This document shows positions 1 through 11,900 of a DNA stretch of 54,463 nt, piece after piece (the first letter of the stretch is position 1; each line of letters begins with the position of its first letter). The stretch comes from Hydrurus foetidus (taxonomy: Eukaryota). Under the pieces are notes generated by a model, which was not told where the DNA came from, did no database searches, and saw only the letters and a list, made by a program, of their open reading frames with translations. Position numbers and translations under genes: made by a program. The stretch spans positions 1 through 54,463 of the forward strand of contig UYFQ01000117.1 of the NCBI GenBank assembly GCA_900617105.1, read 5' to 3'.

Positions 1-310
1 TGGGACCGCGTGGACAGGGAAGTCTAGCTAAGCAGAAATAGATTGCAGAAGATGGGAGTTGCAGTAGAAATTAGAGGGAAAATGGACAAGTAGCGCTACT
101 GTGGTCCGAGAGGGGATGGAAGAAGAGTAGGTTTGGCAAGAAAGGATCTCTTAGAGTTACAACGGTGGGATGCTGTCTATGGGATAAACAACTGAAAGGT
201 TGCACTGAAAGGTTCGAGATATCAGGATTGACATCTCAAACTACCATACATCTACAAGCACGTATGTACCGTCAGAGGGTCCGGGGTCCGGAGACCCCGG
301 AACCACTACA
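1..310 (-). mobile_element. Gypsy-type LTR retrotransposon C: 5' LTR (100-310) plus leader, continuing off the left edge; nested in the integrase of element A
   Basis: On the minus strand the LTR starts TGTAGTGG and ends GGACCACA, the same TGT(A/G)GT termini and similar size (211 bp) as the other two Gypsy LTRs. It is followed by the same palindromic PBS-position motif. The pol ORF of element A runs from integrase (…KADA) straight into this LTR at 311/310. Confidence 0.75.
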
Positions 311-2670
311 GCATCCGCTTTTAACAAAGCTTGAACCGCAGTTTCAAGTACTTTGTCTTGTACACTTATCAAATCTAATATGTACGTTGATCTTGAATGT
401 GTTCCGACACTTAAGTGTGGAGTGAGAATACCACGATTCAAATCAAGTTTGTTCCCAAACAATAAATGGGCGGGACAGACACCTGTGAGTCTATTAACTG
501 AACTGTTAATGATACGTTGCACAAATGGGATTGACTTAGCATATCCCTCAAGGGTTTGTTTATCAAAAACTAAACCTCTTAAGTGTCTATTCACCTCTTT
601 GTTGACTCTTTCAACAATTGCATTCTCTTGTTTCAAGTAAGCAAGGGTGAGATTATGTGGTGTCCCACAAAGATCTAAGAATTCTTTGATCAATTCATTT
701 GCGAAATGTGATCCTCGATCAGATCTAATCATATTTGGTGATCCAAATCGACCAAAATGCGCAAGCAAACAGTCAGCTGCTGATTTAGCATCTGCGTCTG
801 CGCACCAGAACAATTCTGTCCATCGTGTGAATGTATCGATGATGACTAGGATATAACCTTTGTCAGGAAATGGACCAATATAGTCAACATTTAGCGTATC
901 GAAGATAGCATAATTTGAAGTTGCAAAATGAGACGCATTGATCTTAGGATCTTTTGCACTCAATTTCTGACAACACGGACAGTTCTGTATAAACGTACGT
1001 ACATGTTGTTTCATGTATTTCCAAACTTGTTGTAAACTAAACAACCGAGTAAGGGTACGGTCTACGCCGTTGTGACCAACAATTGCATTGTGGCACATTT
1101 GAATGTATTCTATTTGATCGTCTGAAGCCGGTTCTATGACCGTCAGAGCTGGTACAGTGAAAGAAGATGATGAAGTTGGAAGTAATTCCAATTCCTCTGT
1201 TCGTAACGGCAGAGCAATTTCTGTCAGATTAGGACATAGCCTTGACAGTGCGTCTGCCAAAACATTTGAAGTACCGGGTACGAATTCCACGGTAAAATGT
1301 AGTTCTTGCATAGCAATGAACCATCTCGCCACCATTGAGGTAGGATTTTGTTTCATATATGTTATGTTCAAGTGATCCGTATGGATAGTGAACGTACGAT
1401 CTCTGATTAGATAATCGAGTTGTGTACAACAATAGAAGATGGCATAAGCCTCTTTTTGTATCGTAGACCACCTTATTTGTGTGGGTGTCAACGATTTGCT
1501 AATGAAAGCAATTGGTTGCCAAATGGCACCAACAACTTGGAATAAGACACCACCGATACCAAAGTCGGACGCGTCTGTATACAAGCGGATGTCTAACTTA
1601 TTGTCATCAATGAAGTACATTAATGGACAACGAGATATAGCAATCTTTGTGTCAACAAATGCGTTGGTGCTCTTTTGAGTCCAAACTACAGCAGAACGTC
1701 TCGGAGCAGAGTGATCAATCATATCCTGCATTGGCTTAACCAAAGTGGAATGCATAGGTACAAACTGTCGAAAATAGTTTGCTAAACCTAAAAATGACCT
1801 GAGTAAGGTTAAATTTTTAGGTATAGAAAAGTTTAAAACTGTTTCTATTTTTTCTTTTGACATGGATAAACCATCTTTGTCAACGACTCTGCCAACGTAT
1901 TCAATACGTGGAAGGCCGAAACGGCACTTTTTAGCTTTGAGTCTCAGACCCTTAAGTCTAAATCTTGCAAAAACTTTTTTCAAGTTAGTTAGAAACTCTG
2001 CTTCACCCTTGCCATATACTATACAATCGTCGAGATACATCTCGCAACAATGATAGATAAGGCCATAGAGGACCGCCGTTACCATCTGCTCTTGAAAGTA
2101 AGAGGGGGCACGACACGGACCAAAGGGCAGTCTCGTAAACTGAAATACCCCCGCAAAGCATATGAATGCCGTAAAAATGCGGTGTGCGGGGTGTAACGGT
2201 GCTTGATGGTAACCAGCGGTTAAATCCATCACACCAAAAATATCCGGTTTTTTATTACCGATCCTCTCAAAGAGGTGTTTGATATTTGGTAACGGGAATG
2301 AGGCCGGCTTAAGACACCTATTAAGTGGCCGGTAATCGATGCAGGTTCGAAATTTACCGGGTGACTTAGTTACGATTACAGGATGACTGTAATAGGCGGC
2401 ATCTGATCGCTCTATAACCCCTGATGCAAGCATCTCGTCAAGGTTTTCTTTGAGAGCAACCTCTTTGTTGATGACTGGGGACGTACCGGCGTACGGTTTT
2501 CGTCTTTTCCCACAACTCAAGTGGGATGTTAATCTCAAAGGGTTTAAGTGACGCTGGTTTCTCAGCTAATTGATCACTAAAAATGTCTGAATATTCAGAA
2601 CAGAGCTCTCGGAGCTTCCTTTGAAAGCTTTCATCTCCTTCAAAGGTAATCTCGTTGAGGAAATCCTCTG
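311..2670 (-). pseudogene. pol: Gypsy pol: reverse transcriptase, RNase H, integrase
   Basis: RT motifs CIDYRPLN, MDLTAGYHQ, LPFG, YLDD. RNase H motifs TDASDFGIG, KEAYAI, TDH, ADALSR. Integrase HHCC (H-NAIVG-H…CPCC) and DDE (VDYIGP, SDRGSHF, VERVN). Apparent frameshifts near 2670, 2510 and 2465 upstream of the RT core. Confidence 0.92.
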
Positions 2671-4104
2671 GCCCTTGGGCAAGTCATCTTGACTAGGTTT
2701 CTCCGCCAAGAAGGGGGCAAACGTATCTATCTTGCCATCGTCAATCTCGTCAACTGAGAGTGCGACACCACTGGGCCATAAAGGCTCAGTGACATAGTCT
2801 AAGGTATCAGAGTCCTCAGAAGTGTTTGTAGGGGTGGGAATCTGGTCGCCACCTAGGTGCGGTGTATCACCCGTACGTTTTGCGAGAATAGTAGTGACAC
2901 TATTCAGTCGCTCACAACCTACAACACCACAGGGATCTTGGGTCGCGACTCCCTCGATCTCCATCTGAGTATCGTTACATGTCGACATTGTATGGACACA
3001 AGAGACGTTGCTCTTCGAAGAAGATTGACCATGCAATATGCTCTTCTTGTTTGGATACTCGATAGATCCGTGTGTTTCTCTCTTTTTAGAGGGTGGTTTA
3101 CCGCCTGGATATTTCAGCTTGTCGTAGTGAGGTGTTAAAGACTCGACTACGGCTGTATCAGGTTCGGCACCCAACGCTATCATACGACGCGTATATTTGT
3201 GTTGAAACAACGGATCGAGTTTATCCAAAGCTTCTTTTCTTTCGAATTCGCGTCTGCGAGCATCGCTCTTTCTCTTATTCTCAGCACTTAGCTCAGGAGA
3301 AATGCCGAATGCAAACGGAGTTAACGTCCAAAAATCATACTTATTTACCGTTTCACGGCTAAATAAAATGTCGATGTCGGTTTTCCGATTGACCCTCATG
3401 GGTAGGCTGATGCTATGGCATTCACCATCGTAAGAATGAAAAAGGATTTTTAAATCGCAAATTTCGTTATTTAGGTAACATTGGCCATCGAGACCGCTGC
3501 AAACAGTTATGGCTTTAAGAGCAGGATAACATAAATGAGTAGCATTTAATTTTTCAATCATATCATATGAAATAAAATTGTCGGAATAGTTGGCCGTATC
3601 CATTACGGCCTTCCCCGCGGCGCGCAGCTCGCTAGCTGGGCCTGTCCTGTCCTTATCCTGCACAATAACCGTAACGTTAAGGTGGTGAGAAGCGAGGGTG
3701 GAAGGGGTATGTAAAAATTCTTCACGAATAGGTACAAGTGGCTGCACTTCGAGATGATCATCAGTCAGATTAAAGACATCATCCTCGAAAGTGGCAGCCA
3801 CACAGTCATGGGCAAGGTTCTTACCCTGGTTTTGTCCCGGCTGAGTGTTGGGAGGAGGGTTGTGTCCCTGCGGGGGGTTGTATTTACCCTTACCGCCGGA
3901 CCCACGGCCCTGGTATTGGTTCGCATTGGGGTTTTGATGGCCCCTTTGCTTACCTCTACCACCCCCCTGGTTACCCTGGTTACCATAACCAGATTGGTTC
4001 TGGGAGTTTCCTCCTTGACCCTGGTTGGAACGATCTGAACCATCCGAGGTGTTGGAGTGGTTCCCAGAACCATGGCTCTGGTTGCGCGCGCTTGTTGTTA
4101 ACAC
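2670..4104 (-). pseudogene. Gypsy G/N/Q-rich gag tail, aspartic protease and spacer
   Basis: ORF 2566-4104 has a G/N/Q-rich N-terminus homologous to the gag tail of element B, and protease-like motifs AVMDTANYSDNFIS and DILFSRE. The Gypsy-like frame shifts at about 2670 (PEDFLNEITF…EYSDIFS). Confidence 0.75.
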
Positions 4105-5276
4105 ATCAAGTAAGGTTTAGAACCTCTGGGGTAGAACTGAACTCGTTCCTCGTATCCTGGAAGGACGAGGTTGAGTTGCCATTCAGAGTACCCCACCGCG
4201 GCCCAAGCCATCCCCACTGTAGAACTCTCCCACTCAACTTGGTGATTCGTGTTGGAGTCGGAGTAGTACAAGATGGGGCAGTCCGCCAACGTGTGCGACG
4301 TAGCTCCGCACGACCGGCACGGACGAAACATCGGTACGAGCGGTACTACGGTGGAAACACGGACAGAGAGTCCGTGCTGCGTCGGAACGTACGAGTTAGG
4401 GGTACGCACAGTAGCAGTGTCTGATCTCGACGAAGCGGAGGGTGTAGGTGAGGGTGCTTTAGCACTCGCTCTACTCGTCTCCTTCTTACCAACGTCTGGT
4501 GGAAGTGCTGATGCAGGAAACGAGTACACCGTGTCCTGGTTGCCATAGCTTTTGATGAGGTTCATCATTGCCCTAGCCTCGGCAAGAACCTGACCAATGC
4601 GTAGCATAGTCGAATACCACGTATGAGGTGAGGTGTTGTCAGCAGCTTTCGCTTTCAGGTAATCCTGTTGGATTTGACTACCCTTAGCTAGGCGCTTCTC
4701 CAAAATCAATATGAGCTCAGCATGCTGAGTCTCTGATAATGGTCCCTTAGACCTCTCATAAGTGCTCACAAGTTCGTTGTAACGTACGAATGTGGCATTC
4801 TCATGATCGTGGTTAGCGATCTGATAATGGAAGGGAACTTGGCTAAAGCTCTCTGCCAGAGTACATTCTCCCAAACCATTTGGCGAGAAGTACTTTATTA
4901 TCAGTTTGGCTACCTGAAGTACCGACAATTTAGTCTGCCAATCATGGCGTTGTCGTCTATCGATGATGTTAAATTCAGGATCGATCATGATCCTGAAATT
5001 AAGTAACTCGATTGCCTGCTTCTGCATGCAATCGGTTAGCTTCATCAACGGGTACCTCTGAGCCTGTTCGTAGAACTCAGTCGCATCAGCTTCATCAATG
5101 AAGTTATGCCTGAGGACGAACACCTCACCCTGGAGTTGCATCGTCGAGGGGAAAGCTGGGAACAGCGAGTTCGACATTGAGATAGTCGAATCGTTGAGCG
5201 CGGCTAAAGCTGCCAGACGTGCAATCTCCTCCTCGTCCGGAGATGGATCAGGGTTTGGGTTAGGTGGTGATGACAT
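4098..5276 (-). CDS. gag: Gypsy Gag with CCHC zinc knuckle
   Basis: 392-aa ORF with CRSCGATSHTLADC (CX2CX4HX4C); colinear with the gag at 49888-51231. Confidence 0.85.
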   Translation of the reverse strand: MSSPPNPNPDPSPDEEEIARLAALAALNDSTISMSNSLFPAFPSTMQLQGEVFVLRHNFIDEADATEFYEQAQRYPLMKLTDCMQKQAIELLNFRIMIDPEFNIIDRRQRHDWQTKLSVLQVAKLIIKYFSPNGLGECTLAESFSQVPFHYQIANHDHENATFVRYNELVSTYERSKGPLSETQHAELILILEKRLAKGSQIQQDYLKAKAADNTSPHTWYSTMLRIGQVLAEARAMMNLIKSYGNQDTVYSFPASALPPDVGKKETSRASAKAPSPTPSASSRSDTATVRTPNSYVPTQHGLSVRVSTVVPLVPMFRPCRSCGATSHTLADCPILYYSDSNTNHQVEWESSTVGMAWAAVGYSEWQLNLVLPGYEERVQFYPRGSKPYLMC

Positions 5277-5837
5277 GTCTAATCACTTATCGATGTAAAT
5301 CTCACTGAAAGTCAATGGAGATCGATAACCCCTGCTCAGAATTTTTTTCAAGAGCTTCGCCTCGTTCGCAAACGGGTACTGTAACGTCAGTAACAACGAA
5401 TAAAGCAATTCTAACCAACTCTTGAACTGAAAAGTTCTATGGCGTGAAAGCCAAATTTAGAGTGGTAGAAAATCTGAGTGACCGTTAAGGTCGAAGACGT
5501 TGCTCAACGTCGACGAAAAGAAGTCTATAGACTAACTTTGTGTCTCTGGTGATGAATCTGTGATTCGATCGACCAGCGGAGCAAGTCTAAAATGACTTTT
5601 GGGAAGGATAAATCAACTTCGACCAAGATGTCAAGTTTGGAAGAGCCCAATGCACGGGGATTCCAAGAAAGCAGTTAATCTGACTTTCTCTAACTTAGAC
5701 TAGGTCTTCTGAGCCAATGGCTGCAGAAGAAAACGGCTCGAAAGTCGTTGAGCGAAGGCTCAGAAGTCTTATCTACAGGTTGGGACGAGTGAATGGAATG
5801 AGAAGTAGCAGAGAAAAGAGTGGACTAATAGCGCTAT

Positions 5838-6045
5838 TGTAGTCCGGATAGGAAGTAGGTCGATGGAAGGAAGGTATTAGTTAGTTACAGGCTCTAAGCT
5901 AGAAGCTAGGATAAACTTCTACGAGTAGGCTAGAGCTAGCTAGCAGCTGCGCTAGAGATGTATGTGTACTGTAGGCGGTAGGATCGGATGGATCGGGACT
6001 AGGTCTAGTACGGCCTGTAGGCCCGGTATAGCCGATCCGACCACA
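5838..6045 (-). repeat. 5' LTR of Gypsy element A (208 bp)
   Basis: Minus-strand TGTGGTCGG…GGACTACA termini; same length as, and visibly homologous to, the paired LTRs at 49431-49638 and 51791-51998. Confidence 0.85.
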
Positions 6046-7055
6046 CTGGAAGGAGCATTTGAGCTCGGCAAGCATCCGTATTCTGCACCTACAGCAATTA
6101 ACACATTTTAGAGCGGTTATGATGGTCAAATTTCGTTTTGGAGAACGCTATCAATTTCTTGAGAGTAATTGTAGAGTGATTTTTTAGAGGATGCATCGTA
6201 AAATGGTCATCTTTCGATCATGAGATAATGAATTGAAGAGATTGCAGCGATGAAACTTCAAAATCATACCTAATAAGCAAGCATTTGATGCTTCTTGCTC
6301 GTTTTGAGCATCGCCAAGTCCTGTAGACGATGCTTCCAGAGGGGCATTCGTCGTGAAACTGAAACTTCGGCAAGACAGATTACAGAAAATTGCTATCTTC
6401 AATTTTTCTAGTTTTAGAAATGCACAACAATCGGGATGCAAAGAGGCTGCTAGAGTTACCTAGGATATCCAACAACGTCGAAAATTTGTGAGAAGTGGTT
6501 CTGATGAAGCCACCTTTCGGGTATGAATTCATATCGTCGATTTGGAGTCCCGCCTGTAGAGATCCATCAAAATAGTTGTACGTACATGTACGGTTTTAAA
6601 TATACATATACCGACCTTCGGTCGGTTATACCTTCAAGTGTCGCGAGTACAGAATTTCAAGCTGAACACGAATATCGAAACGGTCTGTTCAAATTCGTTG
6701 AAATGGAAAACATCCCTCCTGTTCCATTTTGAGTGCAAAAACGCGATTTTTTGGGTTTTACGATTTTTCTACCAGTGAAAAAAAAGAGCACGGCTGGGGC
6801 CGGTAACTCTTATATAGGCCAAACCTTATAGCACCACGGATTACGGATTTTTAATTGAAAATCGGTGATTTGTCGCCCTTCCAGACCCATATAGCGCAAC
6901 GGAATTGTTTTTTGAATTTCGTATTGACCGATTTTGAGAATTCGAGACGGGATTTGGTCTCCTTCTTCGTAAGAGAGAACTCGTTTGAAATGACGATATT
7001 TTGACCTAGGATGGCCTTGTATGGCCTTCAAGTTACTTTTACCACCAATTTTTCA

Positions 7056-8771
7056 ATGGCGGTAGCAAAGCGGCAGTTGACGGACATCAGGTCCAAGCAG
7101 TTCTTGTTGATAGCCCGAGCGGGCATGTCCATCCCGGCGTATGAAATGACGCTGCCTCAGATTCATGTGAGAATTATGAAGCAATTTCACAAGCATATAT
7201 CTTCTTTTATCCAGCCGCCGTCCTTACGTCTTTTGTCCAAAGACAAGTACTTTCGTACTTGCAAATTTATGAACGATACATCTTTGCCTGATGATGAGCA
7301 CGATGAAATTAGTCTCTGGAGGGAATTTGCCGATATTAAGAGATATGTGATCAATCAGATCACGCCAATCTATGTGAAGTGCCTTGGCAAAGATGGTCTT
7401 ATTCCATCTGGGAAATCGAAATAAGAGATTCTCTTGAAAACGCGACAGCTGCTGTTCCAGTCTGAACAAGATACGGCGAAGTCCAAATCAAAAAATCCAA
7501 GGGGCTATGTCATGAAGGATTTTACAGCCGATTGGTATCCTCAAGAATGGGAAGTCTTTCTCCTGTATGGAGTAGCTTCTGAGAAGCCTGATAAGGCTTT
7601 CTATATCGAGTAAGTTATATCATTGATGATTTCTCGCTACATCCTTTCCTAATTGTGATATCATTTTAATATGCAATCTTCTGGTCCTGGCAATTCCTCT
7701 GTGGCCTCGTCCGTTGCTAAACCGACCAAGTCACACAGCCGCAAGTCTCAAAGACACGTTCAAAGGAAAGAAGAGCTCAAGAAGGTCAACGAAGAGCTCA
7801 AGAAACCATCAAGCCATGACTTACTCATCGAGCAAGAATCGAAAGTTAATTTCAATAACTTGGCGATCAATAAGGCAATGGTTGAGATGAAGCTTAGACA
7901 ACAGGTAATTCAAATTGATGGATACATTCAAATACTCTATAATAACTTTTAATCTTTTGTTCGCGCATAGAGGATTGATGAACTCGAGAAGCTTCTGAAG
8001 CTGCAATTCCTACCGGAGGATTATCGGGAAGGCTTACAAACGGAGTACATAGAGTACTTATTACATGGCTGTCCTGGCATAGAATACTACCAGACTATCA
8101 AGAAAGACATTCCCATTTAGGAATACTTGGTTGACGAGGCATCCCCAATTACACCAATCGCTGTGGACGAAGCCATTCCCTTGGATACAAATGTTAGGTC
8201 AGGTGCATCAAAAATTACACTTGAGAAGTATAACACCGATGCAGACACCGAGGATGAAGGAGACGAGGAAGCTGATGAAAGGAATCAAGAGGATGAAGAC
8301 GAGGAATCCGAAGAAGGAGGACAAGAAGAGGAAGAGAAGCAAAGAGATAATGAGGAATATGAGATGGAAGAGGAAAACGTTAAAAGTGAGGACGATGAAG
8401 TGGTTCAAGAGAAGCATGTAGTTGAGATGGAAAAAGGATTTGGTACCATTGAAAAAACAGGAATCAACTCTCAGCCTGTCTTTACTCCATCTGAGGATAC
8501 TCAAAACTCAATAGCGACATCATACGAGATGCATCAAGCACGTCGGCCGTATCAGGTTCCTATAACCAAACAATTTGTATTCAAGAAAATCTCAGGACCA
8601 ACTATATCCAATTCGTCGAGCTCACAGAAATCATCCGGCTCGTCCAGCACCTCTAATGTAAAAAGAGGGGCCTCAACTAAACGATCAAATATCGATGATA
8701 TAGTAGATGAAAACGACGACAATGTTTGCTATTTCACAACACACAAAAAGTCCAAAAAAGGGAAGAAATAA
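7056..8771 (+). pseudogene. Harbinger accessory (second) gene, with acidic tract and basic C-terminus; disrupted
   Basis: Lies inside the TIRs, convergent with the transposase. ATG at 7056, in-frame TAA at 7422-7424 with coding-like continuation, probable GTAAGT intron donor near 7610, E/D-rich region, KKSKKGKK end. A Myb/SANT domain was not recognisable by eye. Confidence 0.6.
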
Positions 8772-8963
8772 GAGGATTTTAGAAAAAGTAACATTTTTTA
8801 ATTCACAATAGTATGTCACATGATATCAACTAATGCTTTAGTAAGGTTTAGGAAGCTACTAGTCGACGTAGGAGTTAAAACTACATTTTTTTAAAATACG
8901 ATAATCAAGATTTCGTAATCATTTTACTGATTTTTGATTACAATATTTTTAAATTGTTGAATA

Positions 8964-11900
8964 TTAAACACATTTTTTCTGTAACCAAATCACTTCGTCG
9001 ACTGAAAATTTGTAAGCAAAATGATCTATCAATTTTTTATTTAATACACTATAAGAATTCTAATATTCTTCAATTTCTTCACCGTGATATATAGAAAATC
9101 TATGTCTCATAGAATCTACTCCCATCAAAGTATAATCAGTGTCGGGTGTTAAATTTCTGACTCTACTCAAATGTTGACGATAAATAAACATATCTTCTGC
9201 AGCATGATCTCCATCTCAACCAGCATAATTAATTTCATTCTCCCGTCGGGAATCAAGACCATCATTTGTAAGTAATATGTTATGAATAATACAACAGGTG
9301 AAGAACATATTATCTACAACTTCTCTTGTGTTATAAAATATTGGGACTTTCAAACATCGAAATCTACCTTTTAACGAACCAAAGGTACACTCCACATCTT
9401 TCCTCACTGACTCAGCCCATTCACTCCATAATGACTCTTTGGGAATTGCAGAGTGCTTCAAAGGACACTGAAGACAACGCCATTTATGATAACCTCCGTC
9501 AACAAGTAGGTAACATCCCTTTCAGTAAATTCTTCTCCCGTATCTTTACACAATGTATATTTGACGTCGTGATAAAGTTCCTCATCATGAATTGAAGAAA
9601 CAAATCCATCAAATTGGACTATTGTCTTGTCATTTTTAGCCCCAGGAAAACCTTTTGTTGCAGCAATGACTTCTGAGGTATGATCCACTGTAACTTCGTA
9701 GGATATTGAAGGATAACCTTCCTTTCCTTTGTGTAAGGAACGATCTCCCGCTGGACACCTCTCCCACCGAAGATGAACACAGTCGGTACTACCAATACAT
9801 ACAGGGAAGCCCAGTCTCTCGTAAACGCTGAATGTTCTATGAATCTCGGCTTCAGTCATAGGTGCATTGCAGTAAACATCAAAGTACTCCTTCGAGAACA
9901 GATAACAGAAGGAGTGAAAGAACATCCGATTGCATTCTGCACTGATAAGTGATAGTTCCTCAATCCCATCAAAGCAGTATCCTCGTCCCAAAACACGTAA
10001 AACTCCAAGTATTTTGAGCTCAAGCGGAGCCCCTCTTCTACCAGAGGCATCAGGTAGGATATTGAAGGATAACCTTCCTTTCCTTTGTGTAAGGAACGAT
10101 CTCCCGCTGGACACCTCTCCCACCGAAGATGAACACAGTCGGTACTACCAATACATACAGGGAAGCCCAGTCTCTCGTAAACGCTGAATGTTCTATGAAT
10201 CTCGGCTTCAGTCATAGGTGCATTGCAGTAAACATCAAAGTACTCCTTCGAGAACAGATAACAGAAGGAGTGAAAGAACATCCGATTGCATTCTGCACTG
10301 ATAAATGATAGTTCCTCAATCCCATCAAAGCAGTATCCTCGTCCCAAAACACGTAAAACTCCAAGTATTTTGAGCTCAAGCGGAGCCCCTCTTCTACCAG
10401 AGGCATCAGGTAGGATATTGAAGGATAACCTTCCTTTCCTTTGTGTAAGGAACGATCTCCCGCTGGACACCTCTCCCACCGAAGATGAACACAGTCGGTA
10501 CTACCAATACATACAGGGAAGCCCAGTCTCTCGTAAACGCTGAATGTTCTATGAATCTCGGCTTCAGTCATAGGTGCATTGCAGTAAACATCAAAGTACT
10601 CCTTCGAGAACAGATAACAGAAGGAGTGAAAGAACATCCGATTGCATTCTGCACTGATAAATGATAGTTCCTCAATCCCATCAAAGCAGTATCCTCGTCC
10701 CAAAACACGTAAAACTCCAAGTATTTTGAGCTCAAGCGGAGCCCCTCTTCTACCAGAGGCATCAGGTAGGATATTGAAGGATAACCTTCCTTTCCTTTGT
10801 GTAAGGAACGATCTCCCGCTGGACACCTCTCCCACCGAAGATGAACACAGTCGGTACTACCAATACATACAGGGAAGCCCAGTCTCTCGTAAACGCTGAA
10901 TGTTCTATGAATCTCGGCTTCAGTCATAGGTGCATTGCAGTAAACATCAAAGTACTCCTTCGAGAACAGATAACAGAAGGAGTGAAAGAACATCCGATTG
11001 CATTCTGCACTGATAAGTGATAGTTCCTCAATCCCATCAAAGCAGTATCCTCGTCCCAAAACACGTAAAACTCCAAGTATTTTGAGCTCAAGCGGAGCCC
11101 CTCTTCTACCAGAGGCATCAGGTAGGATATTGAAGGATAACCTTCCTTTCCTTTGTGTAAGGAACGATCTCCCGCTGGACACCTCTCCCACCGAAGATGA
11201 ACACAGTCGGTACTACCAATACATACAGGGAAGCCCAGTCTCTCGTAAACGCTGAATGTTCTATGAATCTCGGCTTCAGTCATAGGTGCATTGCAGTAAA
11301 CATCAAAGTACTCCTTCGAGAACAGATAACAGAAGGAGTGAAAGAACATCCGATTGCATTCTGCACTGATAAATGATAGTTCCTCAATCCCATCAAAGCA
11401 GTATCCTCGTCCCAAAACACGTAAAACTCCAAGTATTTTGAGCTCAAGCGGAGCCCCTCTTCTACCAGAGGCATCAGGTAGGATATTGAAGGATAACCTT
11501 CCTTTCCTTTGTGTAAGGAACGATCTCCCGCTGGACACCTCTCCCACCGAAGATGAACACAGTCGGTACTACCAATACATACAGGGAAGCCCAGTCTCTC
11601 GTAAACGCTGAATGTTCTATGAATCTCGGCTTCAGTCATAGGTGCATTGCAGTAAACATCAAAGTACTCCTTCGAGAACAGATAACAGAAGGAGTGAAAG
11701 AACATCCGATTGCATTCTGCACTGATAAATGATAGTTCCTCAATCCCATCAAAGCAGTATCCTCGTCCCAAAACACGTAAAACTCCAAGTATTTTGAGCT
11801 CAAGCGGAGCCCCTCTTCTACCAGAGGCATCAGGTAGGATATTGAAGGATAACCTTCCTTTCCTTTGTGTAAGGAACGATCTCCCGCTGGACACCTCTCC

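Larger units (their letters stand above)
311..6045 (-). mobile_element. Ty3/Gypsy LTR retrotransposon A (5' LTR, gag, protease, RT-RNaseH-integrase), frameshifted; 3' end displaced by insertion of element C
   Basis: Domain order PR-RT-RH-IN is the Gypsy order; 5' LTR at 5838-6045; gag carries a CCHC knuckle. Confidence 0.93.

Noticed and set aside
6046..6816. Short ORFs between Gypsy A and the Harbinger
   Set aside because: No recognisable motif or consistent frame; probably an old TE remnant, but this cannot be supported from the sequence.
9216..9218. Alternative genetic code or stop read-through to explain in-frame stops in TE ORFs
   Set aside because: All three stop types and frameshifts occur in the TEs, while host genes end normally with TAG and TAA; ordinary decay explains them.
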